Below, one piece after another: positions 13,901-27,087 of a stretch of 64,000 bases of DNA (the first letter of the stretch is position 1; each line of letters begins with the position of its first letter). The DNA comes from Rhizophagus irregularis (taxonomy: Eukaryota). The stretch covers positions 124,001-188,000 of the forward strand of contig NC_089434.1 in NCBI RefSeq assembly GCF_026210795.1. Reading direction: 5' to 3'. Below the pieces are notes generated by a model. It was not told the origin of the DNA. It ran no database searches and saw only the letters and a list, made by a program, of their open reading frames with translations. A program made the translations under genes and the position numbers.

Positions 13901-16007
13901 GATATTGTGAAATTTTATCAGTCCATTTATAAATTTCCAAAAATACCTTTAATATTTTCATGAAGTTCCTGTAATGATTTCTTTGTATGATATGAATCCA
14001 GAGTTAAAGAATATTTAACTTCCTTGTAAACAACAATATAAATCATCACACCTTCTTCAGCTTTTCTTTTAAGCAGTCTATCTAATCGAAACTCCTCATT
14101 TTCTGATGGAGGACGACGAAAATACTTTACAAGTATAAAACTTTTTAGTTTTATTTGACAAATACAAAATTAGAAAGTTCCTAGAAAACTTACCAATTCT
14201 GGTGATAACCACCAATCTTCGATATAAATTTCAGATTTAGCTGCTAAAATGGCTTCAGATACAGCAAAGAAATAATCTTTACCATCTACATACCATTTAA
14301 CTTTTACATTCTCTCTAATAGGTGCATAAGAGTCATATCGATGTTGTTTAATCCAGGGAGATGATTGCGTAATTCTTTCAATGCTTTCCAAAAGTTCATT
14401 CAATTTACGTGAATCGCCTTTAAGTTCAATCCTTCGGGAACTATTTTCTATACTAACGTGGTCATGAAGTTTTAATTTTATTACACGATCGAGTGTTCCT
14501 TGCAAAGTAAGTTTATTGCATTTAAAATGTTTGTCAAGAAGGAAAACATCTGATGGTGTTAACGAACTCATATGTGAATTAAATGCTATATATGAATCAC
14601 GAACGACTACCCATTCGGTTATCCATTTCGAACTCCTAAAAGAACACATAGGCGTATAGAATCTATCAACTTTATTCGCATAATAACCTTCTTTTCCCTT
14701 CCATCCCATGTCTCTTGTTATAGAAATAGCACCAATCTCCAAGAATTCATTGAGCTCGTAAGAAACATGCATATTTAATGTTCTAATTAATTTAATTAGA
14801 TAATCCTCCAACTGATTCCTTCTTTCAAGAGCTGCGGCTTGGTGAAGTTCATGTCGTACTTGAGGTGAGTGAAAAAACGATTTAAACCATCTATAAAGAC
14901 CACTTGGTATCTTTGGTATAAAAGGCAAGTCATTCCTTTGTTTTAAACTGAAATAAAGTAAAACAAAATCAAATCCTGTTCTTTTAATAACCCATTTAAC
15001 ATCTCCATATTCTAATTCAATTCTAAATATGGTTTGTACATTATAATTATTTTCATCTTTTTGTGAGTCTGTAATTGCAAGCTAAAAAAAATTAAAATTC
15101 GATAAGTAAAACATTTTATTGTTAAAATACAAAAAAAGTAATAGTTAATACCTTCAAAGCATCAAATAAGATAAATGGCTATAAAATAAAATGAATTATA
15201 AATATTGGTTGCTTAAGTTTAAATTTATTAAAGTAAAATTCAGTTTAATTACCGCTTTATGACCTTTATTATCTCTTCGAGCCCATAAATAAGGTACAAT
15301 AATCGGACTTGGAAATGTAAGAACCCCTAAATTACCAGTATCCCTTAAATGTTTTCTATCAGATGAACTGATCATTTTATTAATTTTTGACATAGCAAGT
15401 GCTTTCCGAACACGACTGCGAAATAGGGTTTTCGTATCTTTTACTTAAATTTATCAAATTATAATCAATACATATACACAAAAAAAACCATATATATGTG
15501 TATATAACAAGAATAATTAAACTTACCTTCTTCTTTTTCTTCTTCGAGTTGTTGTTTTATTTGATTAGATGGTCCAGCTTCTTCACTAATTAAATCCGAG
15601 TCAGGAGGTTCTGATTGACGTCTTTGTCTTGTAAAATAAGGTTGTTCTGGATGATGTTCTTCAATGTATGGAGCAGATAATTGATCATCTGAAGGTCCTG
15701 GCGCATTTTCTAATGGTTTGGATTTTCGACGTCTTTGTTGTTTGTTCGGGTCAGTATTACGACGACGGCGAGGTTGACTCTTAGAATTTCCTTTCGTATT
15801 GAAGATATTTGATAATATAGATTGTTGCCAATAAGATTGTTCATCTTCTTCATTATCCGATTCATTTTTAGTAGATGAATCATTTTTATCGTCTTTATTT
15901 TGATTCAATAATGCAAGCGTTTTATTGGAAAGTTGTACTAATATATTGTTATCAGAAGATTCAATTTCATCATTTTTCGAGTCATTGGATGTTAAAGGAT
16001 CAGACAT
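10946..16007 (-). CDS. PLD1: Phospholipase D1 (SPO14-like), multi-exon
   Basis: WYVDGKDYF...[12 protein letters not shown]; first HKD motif WAHHEKIVVVD...[27 protein letters not shown]; second HKD motif [12 protein letters not shown]-terminus GHLVVFP...EIFT-stop at 10946. Confidence 0.95.
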
Positions 16008-19000
16008 TTGGGAAAATAATCTTTTATCATCGATTTAGTGATGATTATTATTAAATTAAATTTTAAAATTTTAAGTGAAAAAATAAAAAGAACAAGGATT
16101 TTCGGTTTACTTTTATAGCATTCATATCATTAATTTTTTAATGGGTAATATTTACGTATTGAAAATCATGATCATCATTTTGTTTTTTTTTGGCTGAAAA
16201 GATAAATTTAACAGGGGTTACATCTGACGTATGGACGATCCTTGTGACCTTGTCAAACGTTACAAATTAAAAAAAGGCTACCAAAAAAAAAATAATTCTT
16301 ATTTATTTGACTTTAAAAAGAAACTTTATAAACATATTTTTATTTTAAAATTTTTTATTCCGATCTTCACGTTCGTAATAGAAGATCTGTTTAGAATATG
16401 CAAGCAAGTATTTAAAATGGTAGGTTCTCGTGCAGTGTGCATACAGTATTTAAAAGATTTGTGTTTCATAATTAAATTCTTTACAACCGTTTATCATTAA
16501 TCTTTTGTTACGTTGATTTTTTATAAGGAAACGTGATGCTTAGCTAGAATATTCTTCAAAGTCAAAAATGTTGATAGATCCATACCGCAATTGATTGCTC
16601 ATACATAACATTGAACATGTACTCTGAAAAGATTAAGTTCTTTGATATTTTCTATAATAATTTCGTGTAAATAAAATATTTGAGCTCAATGATATACGAC
16701 CAATTAAATTTATATTCGGTGTGATTTGTGAATTGATAAAGGTAGACTCTAAGACTCAATATGTAAAAGATCTTTATTAAGTTGTTAGATCAATACAGGA
16801 AGGAATTCTAATCATCTAATAAACTACGTAATAATTGAAAGAATTTGGGGACATAAAATTAATGCAATGAATTTCAAAGCTCGTAAAAGTAAACGTCAGA
16901 TATTAACAATCTAACAGAAAAGTCGAGGTCTAAAATTGAGAACTCAATAAAGAAACCGAAGAAAATGTAAGATTAATATTAAGAAATTGAAATTGATCAT
17001 TGCATCAGTTGATCAAGAAGTAGGGTAACATTAGAAGATTAAGAATTATGGACGTGAATCTACAGAAAGAGTTAATTTGTATGGCATAATATGATGCAAG
17101 ACCAACATTATTCGTGAAATAATCGAATCATTTGAAGAGAAATCAAATCGCTTTAGTAGAGCTCTATATCTTGATTCGTGATCTAATTTTGTGTTCCAGC
17201 TTAGCTTAGTAAAGATATTGTTTACTCCGTCCTTTAAAGGTTTGAAAAGTTGAAGTGGGACATTGTTCGACAGTTTTTAGATAGAAGCGCCATCTATAGA
17301 AGCGCCATCTTTAATAAGGTCTTTGAATTCCTGGAATTGAGTAAACCAACAACTAACAAAGCACACAAGCTACTTTCCGCGTAACTGATAAATTGATAAC
17401 ATATAAAATTTGGCTCATATGACTATGGTCAAAAAGTGGGATCTTTTTAAATCGTCAGCATATCGAGCATATCACTATTGATCTCTTCGCATACACTTTT
17501 AAAATTCTTAAACAATAAGAGAAATACACTCATCCAAAAGTTAAGTATCTGAATCTTTCACATGTATTTCTGTGTACTTCTATCTAGGTTTAATATAAAA
17601 AATAATTCTCCTTAATCGCCTTATTTTTTATAAGTTGACTATGGAAAAAAGACGTGATGAGACTGATAATATGAAAACCATTGGGGATAGCGTTTACAAC
17701 GAAAACCTGATTGAATGTACAGATAACTTAGAAATAACATAAAACATGTGATTAATATAATGGAAGAATAATAAAAAGCAATCAACAAAGATCTTTTTGT
17801 GCTTGTGGGAAGAATTATTAAATAAATTAGAAAATAAAGATGCGTGAATACAGGGATTGGATCACCTATTATACTAAAATAGTAAGAGTTAAGTTAAGTT
17901 AGAATCGAATGTATATGGTTCAAAGTAGAGGCAGCCATTTATGGGAAAGTAAGTAATGAAATGCAAACTATTTTTGATTCGGAAAAAGGTTATGTCTTCG
18001 GACTTTATAATGGTTTCCATTTCCTAATTGTATTAGAATTGGGAAATCTCCTAATATGAAACTCTGTGATTATGAACTATTGATAGAAAATTTCATGGGG
18101 TGTATCTCAAACTAGAATACAGGGCACAAAATAAGTATCATTTCCCGAAGAAATGAAAGTCTTCAAGAAACTTTTTAATGCTCTTGGTATTGGTATTTGG
18201 TAAAGTTAAAAATAAAATAAAATTTCTTTCCCATCGATAATTTCTTTGCTTAGCTAGTTTAATTTTTTTTTCAAGGGACTTTTGGAAATTCATCTCGTTC
18301 CTAACTTTTTTCTTTTCTTGAAGTATTAAGATTGAGAATCTTTCTTAATAAGTATTTTATTTTTTTATTGAATCATCGTATTTAATACTCATTTCAAAAA
18401 GAAAAAAAATTCAAGATTTTATAACATAATTACAATTATAATTTGTATTATTAATTTATTTCAATTTAGATTTGTTGTTAATATTGGTCGACCAAATTGT
18501 ATAATTTGGACCAAAAATTTTGAGCCAAAAATTTGTGGCGATTCTGAAATCGAATTATTCCAGTTTCTGCACAAACCATGAACTAATAGATGTGACTTTA
18601 AAAACTTGTAAACATCATACTTACTAATAAATAATACATTGTTATCATGTTTGATTTGTACTGTTGCAATATAAAACTCAAATTTCTTTTGATTTTTGTA
18701 TCGTGAATTCAAAATCTAGTATAGAAAAAAAAAAAATTTGATAACAAATTACGTAAATTATTATAAACTTTTAATATTTTTCTATTATTATTAGAATTAT
18801 TACAAGTTGTAAGCAAATGAGAAAATTAAAAAAAAATATTTTTTTCCTTTTTCTGATTAAAAATAATACTATAATTGCAATCTCATCTCCTTTCTAGGAC
18901 ATTGTAACTTTCAACGCTGGGGTTTTCAGCAGAATATTTCCATCATTGATTATTGCCAGTAAGTTCAATTGTATTTTGAAGTATAAGTTAGCTTGTGAGG

Positions 19001-20567
19001 AAAGTGAATAAGTAGTTTGATGGTAGATCATCTGGTAAAAATAGCTTGCAAACATGAATAATAAAAAAAAATCGAAACCCCTTATTAATTAACATACAAT
19101 ATTTGCCGCGTTTTTGAGTCGTCCTACCGATAGTGTAGATCATCACATGAATCATCGTCGTTGGCTGCTGGATTGTTTTCTTTAATTCACATTTTAAAAT
19201 TAAGCTTCACCAAAAATTCCATGCCCCGTGCCTGCATCTGCAAAGATCCAAAGTTTAAGTTCTAAAATGGCAAAGTATGGGGAAAATGATTGTTATGTCA
19301 TCAAATCACCTGCAGGAAATTTAGATACTTTACTCGTGACCAGTAAGAGCCTATTAACGACAAAAGCTTTTTTTTTTTTGATTTTAGTAAACGAAGAAAT
19401 TAGAAATTATAGTAGATTTTATGATATTTTTTTTTGTACTTTAACGTTATAGGATAGGACTGGATTTGGTGATCTACTATCTAACACATGTCGAATTATT
19501 TGTAGGTTAGGTTCTTCATCGTTTTCTCTTGATTCAAGGAAATTCTTGTCTAAAATTACTATACACTTTTTATATATTCTATATTCTCTCCTCAATAAAT
19601 TCCATGAATAATAAGAGGAGGTAAAGCAGCCAATCATGTGTCTTAATTCATAATTTGAAAATTTTCAGGATTCTACGAAAATAAAAAGGATTTACATGAT
19701 CCAGATTATACGTCATATATTTAATACATGTTCAATTTACATTGTCTATTATTTATAGCTAAGCTAAAAGTCCAATGTTAGATATGTTTAATGAATGATC
19801 TAATACTTTCTATGATTTGACCAAAAATTCTGGCGCGGAAATCGGACGTTATTAAAAATAAATGTCGGGTAAAGAAAGAAAATGTTCATCCATATTATAA
19901 GGTAAAATTTACATTTTAATGACAATGTTTGATTTATATATATATATATATATATAAAAAAAAAGAAAAAAAAAAGAGTAATAATATGAATATATATGTA
20001 AAATAAAATAAAATAAAAACTGAGTGTGATAAATATATTATAATAAAATACATTACAAAAGTTACAAGGGGAATTTTTAATCTTGTTAAAAATACATTAT
20101 CTGTTATATTTCAACAAATGTTTTACAACCAACCATTTTTAGTAAAATTACAACGTCAAAACCTGTTGAACTAATATATAAAAGGTTGGGTATAATTGAA
20201 ACATAAAGTATAACGGAAAAAAAGTAAAAAAAAATGATAAAATTTCGGTTCTATTTACATGCTTAATTTTTAGGGTGATATCTTAATTAATATAAATTGA
20301 TTTTTTTTTTTTTTGAAAAAAAAAAATAAATAAATAAAATAAAAATAACTTATTCATAATTTGAATCCAATTCTCCGGAAAACTTCCAATTCACACAGTT
20401 GAGAAAGGGATCAGAAATTAAAAAGATATTATTTGACAATTATTTTGTTCCAAATATTGAGAGTATAATGAATATTTTTTTTTTTTTTGTAAAAAAAGGA
20501 AAAGAAATTTCAACTGCTTTTTTTAACGACTTCTTCCAAATAATTTCTTTGTTGTAGGTGAGGATTA

Positions 20568-20941
20568 TTATAACATGATTGAATCAGTTTTACCAATATT
20601 TCGTAATTCGCTCATAATTCTTTCTTCTTCCGTCTTCCACCAACTTTCTATTCTATTATCTTGTAAGTCTGTATTTTGGTCCAGCCACGTGGAGTCGTTA
20701 ATATCTCTATTAGTATTTATCTTTTCCTGTAAGCTGCCAACTAAAAATAAAATAAGAATTGTTCATTATTCAACATAATCTAATCATAATAGTACTAATA
20801 TAATATATATAATATGAATTTTCAATAATATTTACCTTCATTTTTAACTTTTTTAATCTGTAAGGCAACTTTAACTTTACGAACGGATTTTTTTAAAGAT
20901 TGGCTTAAAGATTTACGTAAACGCATTCTGTTTATTATCAT
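20568..20941 (-). CDS. Small two-exon hypothetical protein (92 aa), not in ORF track
   Basis: Exon 20941-20836 plus exon 20740-20568, joined by a GTAAAT...TTAG intron, give an uninterrupted frame MIINRMRLRKSLSQSLKKSVRKVK...WWKTEEERIMSELRNIGKTDSIML*. Confidence 0.6.
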
Positions 20942-22424
20942 GAAGTATAAACAAAATATGAAAAAACACCTTTTTTTTCTATCTATATATATATATATTC
21001 TTTCTCTTCTATTTTATGGGTTTTATTAGGAAAAAATAAAACTTGATAGGAAAGTTTTTTTATTTCAATTTTGATAAAAGTATATCGTTATATTTTTTTT
21101 AAAAAAAAAAATTCTAGAAAGAAAAAATATTTTCAAAAACCGTTGGTTCTTTTATATCCAAATCATCAAAAAAAAAAATGATGTAAATAAATGAAAATAA
21201 ATAAATAAATAAATAAATAAAAAAAAGAAACCAAAAATAAATAAAAAAGTGGTTATTTTTTTTTTTAAAAAAAAAAATAATAATTTTTTTAAATTTTAAA
21301 AAAAAAACTTGAAAAAAAAATGAAAATTTTTTTTTTTCTTAAATACAAAAAAAAATCGGTCGGAGGTTGGAAATATTTGGATACGATCAATACAATCATT
21401 CTTATTATAGAAAAATCAGGTTGATTTCACTGATTTCACTGTTCGGTGATTTCAGTGATTTCAGTTTTAAAGTACTGTATGTGCATATGTTATTACATAA
21501 TATATTAAATTTTAGTATATTAGTGCAATATCAAAAAAATACTTGTCCCTGCATCAATATTATTCTTGAATTTTGAATTCATTTCATTGGATAATTTTTT
21601 TTTTCGTAATAAAAAAAAATTAATTTACACAATGTTTCTATCAGCTTCCATAATTCTGATCGATGGTCGCACAAATCAACATATTGAACAATGAGTTGAT
21701 GAAAATCTTTATTATTTAAAAAAAAAAAATTTTTTTAACTTCCGCAGTAATATTTGTAGCTTTCGCCTTTATAAACAAAAAAGGCGTTAAATAACAGTTT
21801 TTTTTCATGAAAAAAATTTTTTTTGGTTATAGAATGAACCAAATTTTTAAAGTTTTCAGAATTTTTTCATAGGTTAATGCATAAACGCCATAAATTCCAC
21901 GTGATAACGTGGCGTCACTTGCGTCTTTGCGTTACCTGCTTTGCATTCAATAAGTCAAAGTTTGGTCAGATTCTTATCGAATATAAGTTTATGAAAATTT
22001 GTGATGTTTGATAACGTTGGTAGACTTTTCAGAATTTTTCTTCCAAAAATTCAAATTTTTTAAATTTACCCATGAAATCATGACATTTCGGTCATTCCTT
22101 TGACGAAAATCTAGATTATCATTATTTTATAATCTTTTTTTAGGTAAGAATTATATTTTAGACGTGAGGTCAATGCGTGGAAAAAAATAAAATAAATAAT
22201 AATTTATCCTTGTATAATCATAACCTTTAAATATTATACGATAATAATTGTTTGGAAACGTAAAGAATCTTTTATTAATCAAAAAAAAAAAAAAGAGATT
22301 AAATTTAATCGAGATTAAAAATATTTTTTTTTATTTTTTATTTATTTATTTATTATATACAAATTATAACAAATTATACAAATTATAAATTATTATTTAT
22401 TTGTTATAATATAATAATATAACA

Positions 22425-25175
22425 TTAATTCAAAATCTTATAAATATTTTGTAATTTATTATCATCATTCATTTTTGTATATAATTTAATTAAACTATTA
22501 TATAAATTTTCATTAGGAATTAATTTTTCATGTTGTACCAAATTCCAAAGATTTTCGGCTTTATCATATTGTTTATGAATTATACAAATATTAATAAATT
22601 CAGTTATAGAATCAATTAATATATCTTCATCAATTCTTCCAATTCTTATATGATCTATTATATCTTCAACTTTATTATATTCCTTTTCATATCCCCAAAA
22701 TGTAACTAATTTTATATATAATAAAGTATTATTTAATTTAATTCCTCTATTATATAATTCATCATAAATTTTTCTTATGATTTTTGAACTTTTTGATTCA
22801 ATGGCTTTGTTAATTAATAAATTCCATGTATAAATTGATGGTTCTAAATTATTATATTCTAATTGATCATAAAATAATTCAAAAGCATCTTTATATCCTC
22901 TTATTTTACACCAATATTTAAAAAATACGTGAAATGTTTCTAAATTAAATTTAAATCCATCTTTAATTATTGTTTTATAAACTCTTTTTGCAACTGATAA
23001 ATAATTTGATGATAAATAAGATTCTAAAAAATAATTATATGTATCAATATTTGGTTTGATTTCTTGATTTGTATCACGTAATATACTAATACCAATACTT
23101 TTAACATCATAATTAGATGATTTTCCTGCTGCTCTTATTAAATGATTATAATCATTAATAGTTGGTTTAAAATCTGATTGAAACATTATATTTAATGCCC
23201 TTTTCGCTTTCTTTAAATTTCCTGAATCTGCAAAACATTTAATTAAAGAAGAAAATGTTGTATAATCAATTGATAATCCTTCTCGATAAATTTCTTGAAA
23301 TATCATCTCGGATTTTTCAGGTACTCCTTGTACTGATGCTAATTGAATCATGATTCTATAAGTTTCAATATTCGGTTTTATTTTTAAATTTTCCATATCT
23401 TTTTTAATAATTTTCACTTCTTTTATTTTTTCATATTTTACCATAATTTTTAATAATTTATTGAATATAAAAAGATCTTCTTTTAATAACCCTTTTGATC
23501 TTGCATCTTTATAAATTATAAAAGAGTCCGTCGCACAATCTTCAATACATAAAGAATATATTAAATCATGATATTCTCGTTCCGTAAATGTAATATTTTT
23601 ATACCAAGATATTTCATATAATTTAAATAAATCTTTGAAATTTCTATTTTTGATACAATGATTCATAGTATTAAAAAATATATGATTTATATTTGATGTT
23701 TGCGTATGTATTAAAAATTCTTGTGCTATCTTATTATCATTTCTAGTCAAACAAGCGGAAATCATCATTTCAACTATTTGTTTATCGGGTGTTAAATATT
23801 TTTTTAAAAGTTTCCGATAAAATTCAACTGCCTTGTTATAATGATCATGATTAATAAATGTTTGAATTAGTACACTATAAATTGTAACGTATAAAGATAA
23901 ATCTCCTGATGTTACATCACTTTCCTGTTGTTTTTTAAATATATTTGGAAGTATTAATCCATGAGTTACTTGTCCTTTCTCTATCATATCCATTAAAATT
24001 TTTCCAGCTACTGTTATATTATTTACTTCAATCAATCTATCAATAATAAGTGAATTAACGTAATAATCCACTTGATAATCTTTTGATGCCATCTCTTCAA
24101 TATAATTAAACACTTGTTTAAAATTAACACCCTTAATTATTATGACATGTAAAAGATTAAGATAATCTTTTAAACTAGGATCAAATCCTTGAGTCTTTAG
24201 AACCTCAAACGTATACATTGCACCAATATGATTATCTTCTAGAATTCTATATAGTTTGAGTATCATACTATAATCCTGATGTTCCAATTTGAATTCATAA
24301 TCTCTTAAAGCTTCTAATATGGTGATAGCATATAATGGTTTTTTTTTGGAAAAAAATTTTACAAGTTTTCGTATCTCTAATATAGTAAGATTGTTAAGTA
24401 ATTTCGGTTTATATAAAATTTTCTCAACAATCGAATAAACCATTTCAATATCCCGTTTCTCAAGAGATACCAAATTTCTTTTGATCTCGCTTATATAAAT
24501 ATTATTCATCTTTTTTTTCCATTGAATTGATCGTACTTTAATTAATTTTGTTATTTCTTGAGATTCATAAGGATTTTGAAATCTATAACGAATAATATTT
24601 CTCCCTCTAATTCCTTTATATGAATTCGATAAATTATTTTCATATTCTTTTTTTTTTTCAATAACTCTTTTCCGAATTTTAGAAAATTTTTTCACAATGC
24701 TTTTTTTACTAGATAATTCTTCTGTTAAATTTAAATGTTTTCTTGCTTTAAAAAATCGTTGTATAGCTTTTTCCTTTGATGACAATTCATTTAATCTAAG
24801 ATTTTCTTGATCATTTGTCGTATTTGTCGTAATCTTTACGGATGATGATGATGATCCATTTCGTGGCGTTGAAAATCTTCTTGTTGTTATTGGTGAACGT
24901 GGTTTTTTATTGTATATGGAATGAAGTTCTGGTATAAAATTTGATGTGGTACTACCACATTTTATTGTCCTGGGTAAATAAAACAATCGATTTTGTTGAT
25001 CTATTTTGAATATTAATAAATTTGTGGGAAAAAATTTATGATATATTTTTGAAAATAAAATATCATTACGTGAATAGCAAGTACCAAAGTTAAATATATA
25101 TCGTATAGTACCAAAAATGTAAGAAGTTATTCCTTGTTTCGTTTTAGTATGAATGAAGAAATTTCTTGATATCAT
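22425..25175 (-). CDS. Pentatricopeptide-repeat (PPR) protein, probably mitochondrial
   Basis: 916-aa intronless ORF with repeated ~35-aa PPR units (KPNIETYRIMIQ, YTTFSSLIKCFADSG, KPTINDYNHLIRA, EPSIYTWNLLIN). Confidence 0.88.
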   Translation of the reverse strand: MISRNFFIHTKTKQGITSYIFGTIRYIFNFGTCYSRNDILFSKIYHKFFPTNLLIFKIDQQNRLFYLPRTIKCGSTTSNFIPELHSIYNKKPRSPITTRRFSTPRNGSSSSSVKITTNTTNDQENLRLNELSSKEKAIQRFFKARKHLNLTEELSSKKSIVKKFSKIRKRVIEKKKEYENNLSNSYKGIRGRNIIRYRFQNPYESQEITKLIKVRSIQWKKKMNNIYISEIKRNLVSLEKRDIEMVYSIVEKILYKPKLLNNLTILEIRKLVKFFSKKKPLYAITILEALRDYEFKLEHQDYSMILKLYRILEDNHIGAMYTFEVLKTQGFDPSLKDYLNLLHVIIIKGVNFKQVFNYIEEMASKDYQVDYYVNSLIIDRLIEVNNITVAGKILMDMIEKGQVTHGLILPNIFKKQQESDVTSGDLSLYVTIYSVLIQTFINHDHYNKAVEFYRKLLKKYLTPDKQIVEMMISACLTRNDNKIAQEFLIHTQTSNINHIFFNTMNHCIKNRNFKDLFKLYEISWYKNITFTEREYHDLIYSLCIEDCATDSFIIYKDARSKGLLKEDLFIFNKLLKIMVKYEKIKEVKIIKKDMENLKIKPNIETYRIMIQLASVQGVPEKSEMIFQEIYREGLSIDYTTFSSLIKCFADSGNLKKAKRALNIMFQSDFKPTINDYNHLIRAAGKSSNYDVKSIGISILRDTNQEIKPNIDTYNYFLESYLSSNYLSVAKRVYKTIIKDGFKFNLETFHVFFKYWCKIRGYKDAFELFYDQLEYNNLEPSIYTWNLLINKAIESKSSKIIRKIYDELYNRGIKLNNTLLYIKLVTFWGYEKEYNKVEDIIDHIRIGRIDEDILIDSITEFINICIIHKQYDKAENLWNLVQHEKLIPNENLYNSLIKLYTKMNDDNKLQNIYKILN

Positions 25176-25416
25176 TTATATTAATAATAAATTTTTTTTT
25201 TTTTGTTTTTTTTAAAAAAAAAAGATTGTCGGAAAAGAGAAGGTTGATCATTAAAAGAAAATTTTTTTTTGTTGTTATTATATATTGTCAGCGGCTACGC
25301 CGCTACGATCATCATCATCTGCACAAAATTTTTTTGATGAGCATAAAAATTTTTATTTATTTATACCCTGTGAAAAATGTGAAAATAAAATTTTCTCACC
25401 CTCTCTTTATCTTTTC

Positions 25417-26910
25417 ATGATGGATACTGAATTCATCCCTAACGTAAAATTTTCTTCAATTTCTGAAATATATCCAGAAATAAACCAACTTGAACAAATA
25501 ACAAGATATAAATCATTAATTAGTGTATTTGAAAAATTATATAATCGTAAACCAAAATTTATTGCGCGATCACCAGGTAGAGTAAATTTAATCGGGGAAC
25601 ATATCGATTATGCAGGATTTGGAGTATTACCTATGGCAATTAGTAGAGATTTAATAATTGCGGTTGATATTACTAATGAAGAGAATGATATGAAAGTTAG
25701 AATAGCTAACATATTAAATGAAAAATATCCATCAAAAAGTTGGGAATATGAAGGAAAAGAAAAGATCGTGGAAATTAAAGTTGAAGAAGGAGTTTCTGAA
25801 TGGGAAAATTATTTTAAAAGTGGATATAAAGGAATTCTTCAACATTTATCATTAGATAAACCCAAAGGAATGTATTGTTTGGTTGATGGAAGTATTCCTC
25901 CAGGTGCAGGATTATCAAGTTCAGCGGCTTATATTTGTTCAGTTATTATTGCAACTTGTTTTGCCAATGACGTAAAGGTAACGAAGACAAAAATTACGGA
26001 GACTGCAATTATAGCTGAAAGGTTTACGGGAATGAACGCAGGAGGAATGGATCAAACCGTTTCGATATTTTCATTAAAAGATCATGCTTCATATATTAAA
26101 TTTTTACCATCACTCACCGCTACTCCAATAAAATTACCATCTGTTAACCCATCAATTGTATTTGTTGTGGCTAATTCTCTCATTACTTCTGATAAAGTAG
26201 TCACTGCTCCAACAAATTATAATCTAAGAGTTGTAGAAACAAAATTAGCGGCTTACCATTTAGGTAAATCTTTATTTAATAATCCTTGTGAAAATTTGAA
26301 ACAAGTTTGTGACTTATATTCTAATAGTGAAGAAGTTAGTATTGAGAATTTAATTAAATTATCAAATTATGTTGATAATATTTATAAAGAAAATCAAGAA
26401 GGATTTACTTTAGATGAATTAAGTTCACTTTTAAATTTGAAACATGATGAAATTAATAATAAATTTATTGGTAAATTTCCTATTAGAGCTAATAAATTTC
26501 AATTATATAAAAGATCTAAACATGTATTTGAAGAAGCATCAAGAGTGTTAAAGTTTTATGAACTATGTTTAAATGAGGATAAAAGAGAAAATATTGTTAA
26601 AGAATTAGGTAATTTAATGAATGAAAGTCATAAAAGTTGCAAAGAATTATTTAATTGTTCTTGTGATGAATTAGATGAATTGGTAAAAATTTGTTTAGAT
26701 GGTGGGGCATTTGGTAGTAGATTAACTGGTGCTGGATGGGGAGGATGTACTGTTTCTTTAATTTATGAGAGTGATATTGATAAATTTATACGTTATGTTA
26801 CGGAAAAATATTATAATATTAAATTTCCAAATTTATCAAAGGATGAATTAGAAAATGTTATTTTTGCTACTAGTCCCGGATGTGGTGCAGCCATTATTAC
26901 AAATTTATAA
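25417..26910 (+). CDS. GAL1: Galactokinase (GHMP kinase)
   Basis: SPGRVNLIGEHIDY, PPGAGLSSSAA, GGMDQ, GSRLTGAGWGGC motifs. First in-frame ATG is at 25417. Confidence 0.95.
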   Translation: MMDTEFIPNVKFSSISEIYPEINQLEQITRYKSLISVFEKLYNRKPKFIARSPGRVNLIGEHIDYAGFGVLPMAISRDLIIAVDITNEENDMKVRIANILNEKYPSKSWEYEGKEKIVEIKVEEGVSEWENYFKSGYKGILQHLSLDKPKGMYCLVDGSIPPGAGLSSSAAYICSVIIATCFANDVKVTKTKITETAIIAERFTGMNAGGMDQTVSIFSLKDHASYIKFLPSLTATPIKLPSVNPSIVFVVANSLITSDKVVTAPTNYNLRVVETKLAAYHLGKSLFNNPCENLKQVCDLYSNSEEVSIENLIKLSNYVDNIYKENQEGFTLDELSSLLNLKHDEINNKFIGKFPIRANKFQLYKRSKHVFEEASRVLKFYELCLNEDKRENIVKELGNLMNESHKSCKELFNCSCDELDELVKICLDGGAFGSRLTGAGWGGCTVSLIYESDIDKFIRYVTEKYYNIKFPNLSKDELENVIFATSPGCGAAIITNL

Positions 26911-27087
26911 AAAAATTATATTATAAATATATATATATATACCTATTTTATTTATTAAACAATGAAATTTAAAAAAAAAGAATATACAACTATTATAACA
27001 ATTATACAATAAAAATGTTCGTAAATCGTAAGAAACAAATAAATTAAAATTTTTATAAATTTTATCTAAAAAATATCTAATTAATCA

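Noticed and set aside
16780..18130. Degraded gene-like fragments
   Set aside because: Too many stops and frameshifts to assign a family.
25285..25416. N-terminal extension of galactokinase in the ORF track
   Set aside because: Starts at TTG; the first ATG at 25417 fits a normal-length enzyme.
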